A stretch of 64,000 nucleotides of DNA from Ignavibacteria bacterium RIFCSPLOWO2_12_FULL_56_21 (GCA_001802945.1 MHAK01000077.1:37520-101519); one strand, 5' to 3'. Counted from the first letter of the stretch, positions 27,023 to 36,657 are shown. The notes: generated by a model from the letters alone, not told the origin. Translations and numbers: made by a program.

Positions 27023-28012
27023 TCAGGCCCTGGAAACGAGTCCGAGAATCATCACCAGAGGAAGATATAGCAGTGATGCAAAGAAGAGATTTCTGGAGTC
27101 CGCGTTGATGGTTCTTGTCGTAGAGGTGTTTGCCAGTCCTCGCACAATCGGTTTGGCGGAGATCGAAACCAACCAAAGTGTCAATGATACGGCTGCAGGG
27201 ATTGCCATTGGTCCCGTGGATTCATAATAGAAAAAGATTGAGACAACGGGCAGTAAGCTCAGTGTGGACAAGAGGTTGATGCGGTGCGTCTGATGGGCGT
27301 TCTCGGTATCTTGAACGGAGAGCATGTGGTATCCTGCCCGTTCGTAGTCCTTTCGGTACATCCAGGCAAGAGAAAAGAAGTGCGGAAATTGCCAGATGAC
27401 CAGGAAAAGGAATAAGAACCACCCTCCTGCCGACGGGGTAGTCTCTGCGGCCGTCCAGCCTATAAGGACCGGCAATGCTCCCGGTATGGTTCCAAAAACT
27501 GTATTCAGCCAGGTTTTACGCTTGAGGGGCGTGTAGATTCCCAGGTAAAGGGCCAACGTGAGGAGAGAGATGAACGATGGCAAGGGCCCAGCCTCGATCC
27601 AGAGCAGAAGTGCGCCTGCGAGGGCAAGTAATACGCCAAAGGCCCCTGTTTCAAGCGCTCGTACACGTCCTGAAGGGAGCGGACGATGTTCTGTACGCTT
27701 CATCATGGCGTCGAAGCGCCGCTCAATGAGTTGATTCAGCGCTCCTGCCCCACCTCCAACCAGAAGAGTCCCGCTACCGACCATTGCCGCCGTAAGCCAT
27801 GTTGCCTGCGAATCTGCTGCCAGGACATAGGCAAACACTGATGTCAGAGCTGAAAGTCCCGTGAGCTCGGGCTTTGTCAATTCTGCGTACGTGGACAGCC
27901 GAGAAAGTCCGATCGGAAGAACGCGGGGGAATTGCAGGCTGTTTCCTTTTGCTTCAGGCACGGAGACCTTCGGGATGAAATGACGCGGGCTCGACGGCGG
28001 GGGGAGCCTCAT
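27023..28012 (-). CDS. ctaB: Protoheme IX farnesyltransferase (heme O synthase)
   Basis: UbiA-family polytopic protein (YAELTKPELTG..; NQLIERRFDAMMKRTEHRPLPSGR). The start is uncertain; a GTG at 27961 would shorten the overlap with ctaA. Confidence 0.9.
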   Translation of the reverse strand: MRLPPPSSPRHFIPKVSVPEAKGNSLQFPRVLPIGLSRLSTYAELTKPELTGLSALTSVFAYVLAADSQATWLTAAMVGSGTLLVGGGAGALNQLIERRFDAMMKRTEHRPLPSGRVRALETGAFGVLLALAGALLLWIEAGPLPSFISLLTLALYLGIYTPLKRKTWLNTVFGTIPGALPVLIGWTAAETTPSAGGWFLFLFLVIWQFPHFFSLAWMYRKDYERAGYHMLSVQDTENAHQTHRINLLSTLSLLPVVSIFFYYESTGPMAIPAAVSLTLWLVSISAKPIVRGLANTSTTRTINADSRNLFFASLLYLPLVMILGLVSRA

Positions 28013-28994
28013 TCGGAGCTTTCAATCGAACGAAATGGAGGCCGGAAAGGAATGTAAGCCCAAGCAGAGCCGCCCCTGCCGATTGGTGCATCGTTGCCAA
28101 GATTGCAGGACGTCCCAAAAGGACGGTCGCAATGCCAAGTGTCACTTGCACGATCAAAAGCAGGACTATCGACCAGCCCAACGTCCGAAATCGAGCCCGA
28201 TGGACCTTCATGCGAAAGAAGCGCACGGAATACCACACGAGCACTGTGGTCACCACGAGAGCCCAATACCTGTGGGCAAGGTGAATGACGATCTGCCACG
28301 CGGTGATCTGACCATCCGCCCACAGGTGATAGTCCCGGCGGACAAGTTCTTCCGTGTATGCCTTAAGAGAAGCATCGCTCAGGTCGGGGAACAGTCCCCC
28401 GTACGCAAGCGGAAAATCAGGCACGGAAAGTCCGGCCTGACTATGGCGCATGAGCGCACCAAGGATCAATTGCACAAACACCGCGGAAAAGGGAACTACG
28501 AAGCCGTACCATGACATTGATATGCGTGGTTCTTTGTCACGCTCATGCCACCATCGTGAATTCACGAATGCTAATGCTATCACAATGCAGAAGAATGTCT
28601 GTGCAAGGGTCGCATGGCTTGCGGAAACGGCAGTCGGCAGAAGGAAGAGCACGGTGAGCCCTCCAAGTGCGCCCTGAAATATCACGGCCGCCAAGGCTGC
28701 GACGCCCAGGCCCCTCACCCACTTCCTTTGCTCTGTCCTCCATATCCAAACGGTGAGTATGACCGTCAGGAAGCCGACAAACGAAGCGATCATCCGATGT
28801 CCGTGCTCGTAGAAAATCCCTCCCACCATAGGCGGCATGAGCTGTCCGTATGAGAGAGGCCAATCTGGAACGGCAAGTCCGGATCCGGTGCTAGTGACCA
28901 TTCCTCCCGCAATAAGGAGAAGGAATGTGCATGCAACAACGAACAGAGAAAACAACCTCAGGCGCATACTTTTCCTTGACTGCTTGAAATGCAT
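27954..28994 (-). CDS. ctaA: Heme A synthase, COX15/CtaA family
   Basis: Start moved to ATG 28994; the track start would overlap ctaC. GGMVTSTGSGLAVPDWPLSYG and paired-His helices. Confidence 0.88.
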   Translation of the reverse strand: MHFKQSRKSMRLRLFSLFVVACTFLLLIAGGMVTSTGSGLAVPDWPLSYGQLMPPMVGGIFYEHGHRMIASFVGFLTVILTVWIWRTEQRKWVRGLGVAALAAVIFQGALGGLTVLFLLPTAVSASHATLAQTFFCIVIALAFVNSRWWHERDKEPRISMSWYGFVVPFSAVFVQLILGALMRHSQAGLSVPDFPLAYGGLFPDLSDASLKAYTEELVRRDYHLWADGQITAWQIVIHLAHRYWALVVTTVLVWYSVRFFRMKVHRARFRTLGWSIVLLLIVQVTLGIATVLLGRPAILATMHQSAGAALLGLTFLSGLHFVRLKAPNEAPPAVEPASFHPEGLRA

Positions 28995-29046
28995 GTGCCT
29001 TCCGGCAGGAAGGCACGGCGCAAAACCTCGAACCGTTGAACAATCC

Positions 29047-30030
29047 TCATTGAACCTGTGGAGCTGTTTCCGCGGGGACATCCTGCGGGATCATGGCTTC
29101 CTGTTCCTTCATCCACTGGTCGAACTCTTCCTGTGTCTGTACCGTGACAAAGCCTCTCATGCGGTAATGGCCCAGACCGCAAAGTTGCGCGCATGCGATT
29201 TCTGTGGGGCTGTCCGGTGAAGCCTTTACGTCGAAGATCCCAGCTGCGGTGAGCTGCTGAACCGCTTCCTCGGAAAAGGAATATCCTTTCCCGACGATCA
29301 CATTGCCGTCCTTGTCCGCATAATCCTCCGCCGCAGAGTATGGCCCCTGGAGTTCCCTGGGCAAAACGCCTTCACGAAGCGAATACCTGCGCACTAAACG
29401 ATCGCGGATCTCAGCGGTGGTCATTGTGGGCGTGAACCACAATCGCACAGTCTCGCCCGGAATGGCATCCTGCTTCACGCGGAACAAGGGAAGTCCGAAG
29501 CTGTGAATGACGTCCTTCGTCGTGAGCCGAACGATCACGGGCTTGTTCACCGGAAGGTTCATTTGGTTCACGGAGACAATATCATCCTTTGCTGAAGGGT
29601 CCGTCCGGTCCAGGCCGATGGGATTCTCCGCGGAAACGAGCGATGCTATCGTCGTGCCGAATTCGCCGTCCGCCCCCGGATAATGGATATTCCAAATGAA
29701 TTGTTCGGCGACGACACGGACGACCGTTGCTGTATCATCGGGCGGAAATTCCGTGACGCGTGCGGACCAGAGCGGGAAGGCAAAGCCGACGAGAAGAACT
29801 ACCTCAAACACCGCGAGACCGGCTTCGAGATACGACGAAACGTGCGTCCGCACCCCGGTATAATTCGCAGCGCTCTGAGCACGACGCCGAAATCGATACA
29901 GTGTATAGATAAAAAACGAGCCCCAGCCTGCAAACAGCACGAACATCAACCAATGCACCACGCCGATCATCTGGTCGATATCCCCGCCATGAGCGGCGGC
30001 GTCGATGGGTAAACCAAGGAATTCCTTCAT
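29047..30030 (-). CDS. ctaC: Cytochrome c oxidase subunit II (CuA; no fused cytochrome c domain)
   Basis: Two N-terminal TM helices. CuA motif HSFGLP..CAQLCGLGHYRM. No CxxCH motif. Confidence 0.93.
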   Translation of the reverse strand: MKEFLGLPIDAAAHGGDIDQMIGVVHWLMFVLFAGWGSFFIYTLYRFRRRAQSAANYTGVRTHVSSYLEAGLAVFEVVLLVGFAFPLWSARVTEFPPDDTATVVRVVAEQFIWNIHYPGADGEFGTTIASLVSAENPIGLDRTDPSAKDDIVSVNQMNLPVNKPVIVRLTTKDVIHSFGLPLFRVKQDAIPGETVRLWFTPTMTTAEIRDRLVRRYSLREGVLPRELQGPYSAAEDYADKDGNVIVGKGYSFSEEAVQQLTAAGIFDVKASPDSPTEIACAQLCGLGHYRMRGFVTVQTQEEFDQWMKEQEAMIPQDVPAETAPQVQ

Positions 30031-30072
30031 GCTTTCAGAATCTCCCTAATAAGATGCGGGAATGTATCAGTG

Positions 30073-30336
30073 TCAGTTTGAACCGGGGAATTGAACGTCG
30101 CCCCCGAGCGTCATTCGCATGCGACGCCGAAAGTGGAGGAACATGGCGCTGAGGAGGCCGAGTACGACTGCGGTGATCCCCAGAAGCACCCACACGGCGG
30201 CATTCACGCCGGCTGCCGATCCCGATTCGGTCTCTCCAAAACAGACCGGACACGACAACAGCGGTTCTGCCGCAAACACGAACGCAAACGCCAAGAGTGT
30301 AAGGCGATTTCGTACTATCGATCTTCCCTTTCTCAT
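30073..30336 (-). CDS. Small membrane protein with a CPVC motif (87 aa)
   Basis: Signal/TM LTLLAFAFVFAAEPLLSCPVCFG, then a second helix AAVWVLLGITAVVLGLLSAMFL. The ATG overlaps the upstream stop as ATGA. Confidence 0.6.
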   Translation of the reverse strand: MRKGRSIVRNRLTLLAFAFVFAAEPLLSCPVCFGETESGSAAGVNAAVWVLLGITAVVLGLLSAMFLHFRRRMRMTLGGDVQFPGSN

Positions 30337-30536
30337 GGCCGGGGAGTCAGATGCGATATCTTTCTCAGGAAGGCTCTCTCATAGATCACGAGAACAATTG
30401 CGCCAATGACCGATCCAATAGCGCCCGCAACGGCCCAGGATTCGTCGGAGGCGATCGTCAGCAACAATATAGCGCAGGTTACTGACATAGCGGCCGACGC
30501 GATGATAAAGGCGATGTGAAATGCTTTCAGGGACAT
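30333..30536 (-). CDS. Small two-helix membrane protein (67 aa)
   Basis: FHIAFIIASAAMSVTCAILLLTI and AVAGAIGSVIGAIVLVIY. It is packed between the subunit IV gene and the CPVC gene. Confidence 0.55.
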   Translation of the reverse strand: MSLKAFHIAFIIASAAMSVTCAILLLTIASDESWAVAGAIGSVIGAIVLVIYERAFLRKISHLTPRP

Positions 30537-30540
30537 TGTC

Positions 30541-30846
30541 TCAGCCCACCATGCCGGGGTCGCTGTGGTGCAGCATCGGGAGGAACATCAAGGCAACAAA
30601 GAAAACAACCGTCAGCACCAGGAGTGCATAGATCATTTTCCGTTCCGAGATCAAATGCATGAAGTATCCGGCGACGAGCGCAGCTTTTATGGATGCAATG
30701 ATCAAAGCGACTATCAACGCCGCTATGAAAGGCAGATGCACATAGGAGACGGACACGGTGACTACCGTCAGGACCATCAGAGAATAGAATACGTACAGAT
30801 ACTTCCGGACGTGCGTCCTACTGTCTATGGAGTGGAAATCTGACAT
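30541..30846 (-). CDS. ctaF: Cytochrome c oxidase subunit IV (prokaryotic COX4 family)
   Basis: Start at ATG 30846, with AGGAGG 4 nt upstream. HVRKYLYVFYSLMVLTVVTV..KAALVAGYFMHL. Confidence 0.82.
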   Translation of the reverse strand: MSDFHSIDSRTHVRKYLYVFYSLMVLTVVTVSVSYVHLPFIAALIVALIIASIKAALVAGYFMHLISERKMIYALLVLTVVFFVALMFLPMLHHSDPGMVG

Positions 30847-30854
30847 ACTTCCTC

Positions 30855-31445
30855 CTACAGGAGATACAGAATGGGAAACAAGAAGATCCATACGAGGTCA
30901 ACAAAATGCCAGTAGAGCCCGGCAACTTCGATCCGGTTGATGAATCGGGCCGGGTCTGTTGTCCACATCTTGCTCCCTGGACCCCAAAGGTAGATGTTCA
31001 CGATAATGCCGCCAATGACATGGAGTCCGTGCAGGCCGGTCATCGTGAAATATGTGGCGAAGAAATTACTCGTTGAAGGTAGAAGACCGTGCTCGAATTT
31101 CGCGCCATATTCAAATGCCTTGATGACAAGGAATACGAAAGCAAACAGGATCGTTCCGCCAAGATATCGGCGGAACTTTGCGAAGTTCTTCTCAAGCAAC
31201 GAGGCCCAGGACATCACCATCGTGACGCTCGAAGAGATCAGGACGATCGTATTCACGGTAGCCAAGGGGACGTTCAGGATCTCCCAGCCATGCGGCCAAG
31301 TCGTTGCGTTCACGCGCAGAAGCACCAGCGAGGAGAAAAGCGCCCCGAAGAGCATGACCTCGGACGCCAGGAAGAGCCAGATGCCAAGTTTGGCGTTGTA
31401 GAGGCCGGTGTCCGGCCGTTCGACAGCATTATACGGGATTTGCAT
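30855..31445 (-). CDS. ctaE: Cytochrome c oxidase subunit III
   Basis: 196 aa. Five-helix Cox3-like sequence (GLHGLHVIGG; AGLYWHFVDLVWIFLFP). Confidence 0.93.
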   Translation of the reverse strand: MQIPYNAVERPDTGLYNAKLGIWLFLASEVMLFGALFSSLVLLRVNATTWPHGWEILNVPLATVNTIVLISSSVTMVMSWASLLEKNFAKFRRYLGGTILFAFVFLVIKAFEYGAKFEHGLLPSTSNFFATYFTMTGLHGLHVIGGIIVNIYLWGPGSKMWTTDPARFINRIEVAGLYWHFVDLVWIFLFPILYLL

Positions 31446-31457
31446 GCGATACCTTGA

Positions 31458-33218
31458 TCAAGATTCGGACTGTGGCGAAAAGTCTTTGGATGCCCCAGGG
31501 AGGCTGTACTCGTAAGGGCCCCGGACGACGACAGGTTCTTTCAGAAAGTTCCCGTGGCCCGGCGGCGTCGGAGTCTGCCATTCGAGTGTTGTCGACTCCC
31601 ATGGATTGTCCGCCGCTTTCTTCCCTTTCCAAATACTCCAGAAGAAATTGAAGATAAATGGAATCTGGAAGAGCCCGAGCGTCCACGCCGCTACGGACAT
31701 GACCTCGTTCAGATACAGCACACCTTGGGCGTGCGTGTACTGAGCACCGCCGTCATACAATCGCCGTGAGACTCCTGCGAGTCCCTGGATGAACATGGGC
31801 ATAAAGATGAAATTGATCGAGACAAACGAACCCCAAAAATGGATCTTCCCAAGCGTGCTGTTCATCGACCGGCCGACGACCTTCGGATACCAAAAATAAA
31901 TGCCGGCAAACAGAGCGAAGAGCGTTCCGGGCGCAACCACATAATGGAAATGACCGATGACGTAATACGTGTCATGCAGATGAATATCGGTGGGCGCAAG
32001 ACCGAGCGGCAATCCGGTAAGACCTCCAATACCGAACATCGGCAGGAATGCCAGAGCGAAGAGCATAGGCACACTGAAGCGAATTGATCCTCCCCAGAGA
32101 GAGATGATCAAGGCCGTCAGGATGATCACGGAAGGAATGGAAATGATCATTGTGGTAGTCTGGAAGAACGTGCTGATCGTCGTTCCCATTCCGGTGAGGA
32201 ACATGTGGTGCGCCCACACGATGAACGACATGAAACCCAGAAATACCGTCGCATACACGAGCGACCTGTATCCCCAGAGCGGCTTTCTGGTGTTGTTCGC
32301 AATGATTTCCGCGACGATGCCCATGGCCGGGAGAATGAGCACGTAGACTTCGGGATGCGCCAGGAACCAGAAGAGGTGCTGCCAGAGGAGGACGCTGCCC
32401 CCACCCGAGTTCTCCATCGGAACGCCGGAAACGATCAGCCCGCTGGGCATGAAGAAACTCGTTCCCGCCAGGCGGTCCATCAATTGCAGAATGCCGGCAG
32501 CTTCAAGCGGCGGAAATGCAAGGAGAAGCAGGAATGAGGTCACCAACTGCGCCCAGACGAAGAACGGAAGCCGCATAAACGTGAGGCCCTTCGCGCGAAG
32601 TTGAATGATCGTCACGATGATGTTCATTGATCCGAGCAACGACGAGGTGATCAAGAATACCATGCCGATAAGCCAGTAGGTCTGACCGGCGGTCGCAATC
32701 ACAGACAATGGAGCGTATGATGTCCACCCAGAATTTGCAGCGCCGCCCGGGATGAAAAAACTTGCAAGCATGACGACGCCGCCGACAAAATACGACCAAT
32801 AGCTTGTTGCATTCAACTTCGGGAATGCCATGTCTGGTGCTCCGACCATCAACGGCACCAGATAATTGCCGAACGCACCTACTGCCAGCGGCACGACGCC
32901 CAGGAACACCATAATGGTTCCGTGCATCGCACCAAGTTGATTATAGAATTCGGGCAACATGATCCCGCCGGGCGCATTCATTTCTCCAAACCATTCGCCG
33001 ATGTACGGTATGGGCTGGCCAGGATAGGCCAACTGCCACCGCATGACCATCATCAACGAGAAACCGAACAGCAGGAACAGGAGACTGGTAATCCCGTATT
33101 GGATCCCGATGACCTTATGGTCAACGGAAAAGATATAGTTCCGCAGGAATCCCAGCTCTTCCTCGTGGAGGTGAGCGTGGTCGGTATGCGGTGCGGTCGC
33201 TACATGTTCCACGTGCAA
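31458..33218 (-). CDS. ctaD: Cytochrome c oxidase subunit I (heme-copper oxidase, A-type)
   Basis: DHKVIG, WFLAHPEVYVLILP, HHMF and GHFHYV blocks. Apparent TTG start with AAGGA upstream. Confidence 0.96.
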   Translation of the reverse strand: MHVEHVATAPHTDHAHLHEEELGFLRNYIFSVDHKVIGIQYGITSLLFLLFGFSLMMVMRWQLAYPGQPIPYIGEWFGEMNAPGGIMLPEFYNQLGAMHGTIMVFLGVVPLAVGAFGNYLVPLMVGAPDMAFPKLNATSYWSYFVGGVVMLASFFIPGGAANSGWTSYAPLSVIATAGQTYWLIGMVFLITSSLLGSMNIIVTIIQLRAKGLTFMRLPFFVWAQLVTSFLLLLAFPPLEAAGILQLMDRLAGTSFFMPSGLIVSGVPMENSGGGSVLLWQHLFWFLAHPEVYVLILPAMGIVAEIIANNTRKPLWGYRSLVYATVFLGFMSFIVWAHHMFLTGMGTTISTFFQTTTMIISIPSVIILTALIISLWGGSIRFSVPMLFALAFLPMFGIGGLTGLPLGLAPTDIHLHDTYYVIGHFHYVVAPGTLFALFAGIYFWYPKVVGRSMNSTLGKIHFWGSFVSINFIFMPMFIQGLAGVSRRLYDGGAQYTHAQGVLYLNEVMSVAAWTLGLFQIPFIFNFFWSIWKGKKAADNPWESTTLEWQTPTPPGHGNFLKEPVVVRGPYEYSLPGASKDFSPQSES

Positions 33219-33248
33219 AATTCCTTTCGTGTCAGCGAATGGTGAAAC

Positions 33249-33932
33249 TCAGCTCTTGTATGAAAAGTCGACAGTCGCCTTGCCCGAAGCATCCACCTTC
33301 ACGGTCGCCGTCTTCGTACCGTATTTTTCATGCCACGCTTCAATCGTGTACTCTCCCGCGGGTAGTCCCTTGATGGTGAACGAACCGTCATCTCCGGTCA
33401 CCGCGTGATACGGATGGTTGAAAACGCCAATATACGCACCCATCCACGGATGGACTTCGCACTTCACTTTGAAGGTCTCTTCTTTTGCAAATGTTTTTGT
33501 CATCTTCATGCCCTTCATCGGCTGGGCATTGTTAAACTGAGGATTGGCCTTGGAAAGCGAGTGGACATTGTGAAGTGTCGCATCACTGTTCCGAACCTCC
33601 AGTTCTTGTCCAACCATGAGCGAGAGGACATGAGGCGTATAGAGGCAACCCATCTGATCGAACACCAGTTTGTCTTTCGGCGCCGTGAACGATCCCTTCA
33701 ATCCCGACTTCACGTAGACGATAACGTTGCGCAATGTCCCGTTCTTGTTGACGACAACGTCTTCGCCCGTCACGGGCTTCGTGTGGGCCTTTTTACAGAC
33801 GGGGTCCGCGGTCATTTGCAGGGGAGATCCCTTCGGTGGCGTTCCAGCGAACGCGACTTTTCCGGTCACATCGCCAGCTGAGGCAATGGTCATTCCGAGA
33901 ATCAAAATGCCTAACACTCTTCTGCACTGCAT
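33249..33932 (-). CDS. Secreted cupredoxin (type-1 copper) fused to a carboxypeptidase-regulatory-like beta-sandwich
   Basis: Signal MQCRRVLGILILGMTIASA. Copper ligands: HNVH..KCEVHPWM (C-x2-H-x2-M, as in amicyanin CTPHPFM). C-terminal DDGSFTIKGLPAGEYTIEAWHEKYG. GGAGG upstream. Confidence 0.75.
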   Translation of the reverse strand: MQCRRVLGILILGMTIASAGDVTGKVAFAGTPPKGSPLQMTADPVCKKAHTKPVTGEDVVVNKNGTLRNVIVYVKSGLKGSFTAPKDKLVFDQMGCLYTPHVLSLMVGQELEVRNSDATLHNVHSLSKANPQFNNAQPMKGMKMTKTFAKEETFKVKCEVHPWMGAYIGVFNHPYHAVTGDDGSFTIKGLPAGEYTIEAWHEKYGTKTATVKVDASGKATVDFSYKS

Positions 33933-33978
33933 CGTGATACCTCCAGGAATAGGATTTGATGTTGGTTGATTCTGTGAA

Positions 33979-36633
33979 TTATCGGTCGGCTATCGGGGTG
34001 CCGCTGCGACGACCAAGGCTCCACACATACGTCTGGAGCGCCCGGATCTGCTCGTTCGCATCGCCATTCAACACGCTTTCATCCGGACCTTGCCCATCGA
34101 AGAAGAATTGGGGCATCCGAGTTCCGGGCTGGAGCCTCTGGGGATCGAGGAGCCAACCGCTGATCCATTCCGGCTTGAGCCGGGACGATGCCATGGCGAG
34201 ATTCGGCGCAAGGTCTGCAGCCCCTTCCCCGCTCACCGGTCCAGACGGATGGCATTTTGCGCATTGATACGTGTCGAACAACTGTCGTCCCGGCCGAAGA
34301 TAGTCGGTCTCCGGCTGAACTGAAGCATAGTCCCTGATCACCATGTCCTGATGCGCCATGCCCAGGAAGTATTTTTGTAACTTGCCAATCTCTTCCTCGT
34401 TGAATTGGAAGGTCGGCATCCTGATCTTCAACCATGGCCTGATCGTCGTCGGGTTCTTGAAAAAAGCATGGAGCCATTGTTCCTGCACTTTGGCTCCCTG
34501 GGTCTCCGGAATGGGAGGGGGTCCCAGCGCAGCCTCTTCGTACTTCGCAAGGACGTATCCGCCTTCATCTTCGAGGATATGGCATTGCTGGCAGTTATAA
34601 CGCATGCTCACGCGACGGCCGCCTTCGATATCCTGGAATCGTTTGTCGTACGCACGCTGGTGAGCCGGCAGTGGAATGTCCCGCGTCATGCTGATGAGGA
34701 ACATCCTGACGAGCTTGATCTCCTCGTCGGAGAACTCGAATACCGGCATCTTCTGGGCTATACGCTCGGTCTGAAAGAGCCGGGCATTCTTGAGCTTGCC
34801 GTAGATCCATCCTCTCCACGTGTGCTGTACGCTCACTGTTCCGTCGTCATTCGCCAGGTATTCCTGCTCTCCGTGCGCCTGGATCGGCTTCGTGTCGCCG
34901 AAATCCATTTGCTCAGCCTTCTTCCTGCCGAAATCCGACAATTCCACCGACACTTTTCCTTCATTTTCCATCCCCTTAATGAGATGGCATCCCGCGCATC
35001 CGTATTCTCGGATGAGCTTGTCGCCACGCGCAATGCGGTCCGGGTCGTCCAAAGCCACCGAGAATTTGTCCAGCGCCCGTTCGTCTTTCATGGTCATAAC
35101 GTATGCCACGACGTTACGGGCTTCCTGATCGGACAACCTCAGGCTCGGCATTCGGGAATCTGCATTGTAATGGCGCGGATTCTTTAACCAGTCAAACAAC
35201 CAGTCGGCGTTCACCTTGCTACCGACTCGGCTCAATTCCGGCGCAATGTCGTAACTCGTGCCTCGCACGTCCCTGACCGTTGTGAAGCCTGCGGTGACAT
35301 GGCATGCCTGGCAACCGACAGCTTCAAAGAGCCTCTTCCCTTCCGACGGCGAGCCGCCTGCGTAAGAGCCTCGCGGGCGCTCCAGCGTGAACTCCGATGT
35401 CCGCGAAGCGCTGACAAGATACGCGGTGACCGCTTCCGCCTGCTCATCCGAGAACCTGAAGTTGGGCATTCGCGTGTGCGGACTGTAGTCCCTCGGGTTT
35501 CGCACCCACCTGTAAATCCATTCCGGAGTTGCCTTCGCTGTAATGGAGTACAGCGGCGGGCCGATCTTCGGTAGGTCTGAAAATCCCTTGATCTCGTGGC
35601 ATCCGTAGCAGCCGGATTCAATAACGACTTGTTTCGCCTTGACATAAGGCTTGGCGAACTTCAGGCGCGTCTCGTTGTAGTGACAGCCGTTGCACGATGC
35701 ATAGACGTCGTTACCACGAAGGAGCGGAGTCTCCCAGTAATGATCCTCATCGCCATGGGCGAATCCTGGGGTAAGAGCCGGTCCTTGACCGCGATGACAC
35801 GGCGTGCATCCGAACGTCTCCGGATTGTGCTGTGCGAGGAGCTCCGGCGCGGGATGTTTGCTGTGCGGCTGCGGCGCATCCGTCATGAGTTCTTCTCTCC
35901 ATCCCAGGTGGCACGTCTGACAACGGTCGACGCGAGCCTTCACTTCCTGGAACGGCGTGAATTCGTAGTCATTCTTGACGACCTGATGTATTGCGATCGG
36001 GGACTGACGCTGCTTTTCCGCTTTTGCCTGATACCCCGCGACAGCACCGAGCAGCGCCCTCAATTCCACTTCGGCCTTTTGCACAGCCGTTGTGTATTTT
36101 TCGAGGATGAGATCGAAGCCGGCGATCTCACGCTCCAGGTTGTTGCGGCTTTCGAACCACTTCGCAATGTCGGCATCATGACCGTCGAGCTCTGCCTTGC
36201 TTGACGTTGCGTCCTTCCCCTCTGCAAGATCCTTCTTGTACTGATAGTACGCGGCATCCGAACGGCTGCGCGCAAACCGCCATTCGCGCGTGGCGATCTC
36301 CAATTCCTCCAAGAGATCGGTCTTACGCTCGTTCGTTGTCACGTATTCTTCTGCCGAGAGAGCAGCGCGCGCGGATGCGACTGCCTCCGTCGCCTGACTC
36401 ACCGCTGCGGAATCGACAGACGCTTGAGCATCCAGAGCGAGGGAATCATATTTTGCGGCGAGCAGATCGTTATACTCGGTTTGATAATCCTTCCATGGTC
36501 GACGGGAAACCACTTCATCCCAGAGTGACCAGACCGTTCCAAGAAACAGTAGCCCGCTGAACGCCACATAGAAGTGGACATACTTCCGTGTCTCGACAGG
36601 CGTTTGCGTCCGTTTGTCAAAATAGGAGGTCAT
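33979..36633 (-). CDS. Membrane-anchored octaheme c-type cytochrome
   Basis: Eight CxxCH motifs: CQTCH, CTPCH, CNGCH, CYGCH, CQACH, CAGCH, CQQCH, CAKCH. N-terminal TM helix plus a coiled-coil of about 190 aa. The last five hemes each sit in a module that ends in W..W..NP..(R/K)MPxF. Confidence 0.9.
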   Translation of the reverse strand: MTSYFDKRTQTPVETRKYVHFYVAFSGLLFLGTVWSLWDEVVSRRPWKDYQTEYNDLLAAKYDSLALDAQASVDSAAVSQATEAVASARAALSAEEYVTTNERKTDLLEELEIATREWRFARSRSDAAYYQYKKDLAEGKDATSSKAELDGHDADIAKWFESRNNLEREIAGFDLILEKYTTAVQKAEVELRALLGAVAGYQAKAEKQRQSPIAIHQVVKNDYEFTPFQEVKARVDRCQTCHLGWREELMTDAPQPHSKHPAPELLAQHNPETFGCTPCHRGQGPALTPGFAHGDEDHYWETPLLRGNDVYASCNGCHYNETRLKFAKPYVKAKQVVIESGCYGCHEIKGFSDLPKIGPPLYSITAKATPEWIYRWVRNPRDYSPHTRMPNFRFSDEQAEAVTAYLVSASRTSEFTLERPRGSYAGGSPSEGKRLFEAVGCQACHVTAGFTTVRDVRGTSYDIAPELSRVGSKVNADWLFDWLKNPRHYNADSRMPSLRLSDQEARNVVAYVMTMKDERALDKFSVALDDPDRIARGDKLIREYGCAGCHLIKGMENEGKVSVELSDFGRKKAEQMDFGDTKPIQAHGEQEYLANDDGTVSVQHTWRGWIYGKLKNARLFQTERIAQKMPVFEFSDEEIKLVRMFLISMTRDIPLPAHQRAYDKRFQDIEGGRRVSMRYNCQQCHILEDEGGYVLAKYEEAALGPPPIPETQGAKVQEQWLHAFFKNPTTIRPWLKIRMPTFQFNEEEIGKLQKYFLGMAHQDMVIRDYASVQPETDYLRPGRQLFDTYQCAKCHPSGPVSGEGAADLAPNLAMASSRLKPEWISGWLLDPQRLQPGTRMPQFFFDGQGPDESVLNGDANEQIRALQTYVWSLGRRSGTPIADR

Positions 36634-36657
36634 TCGGGTCTCGAGGCAAACTCAGAA

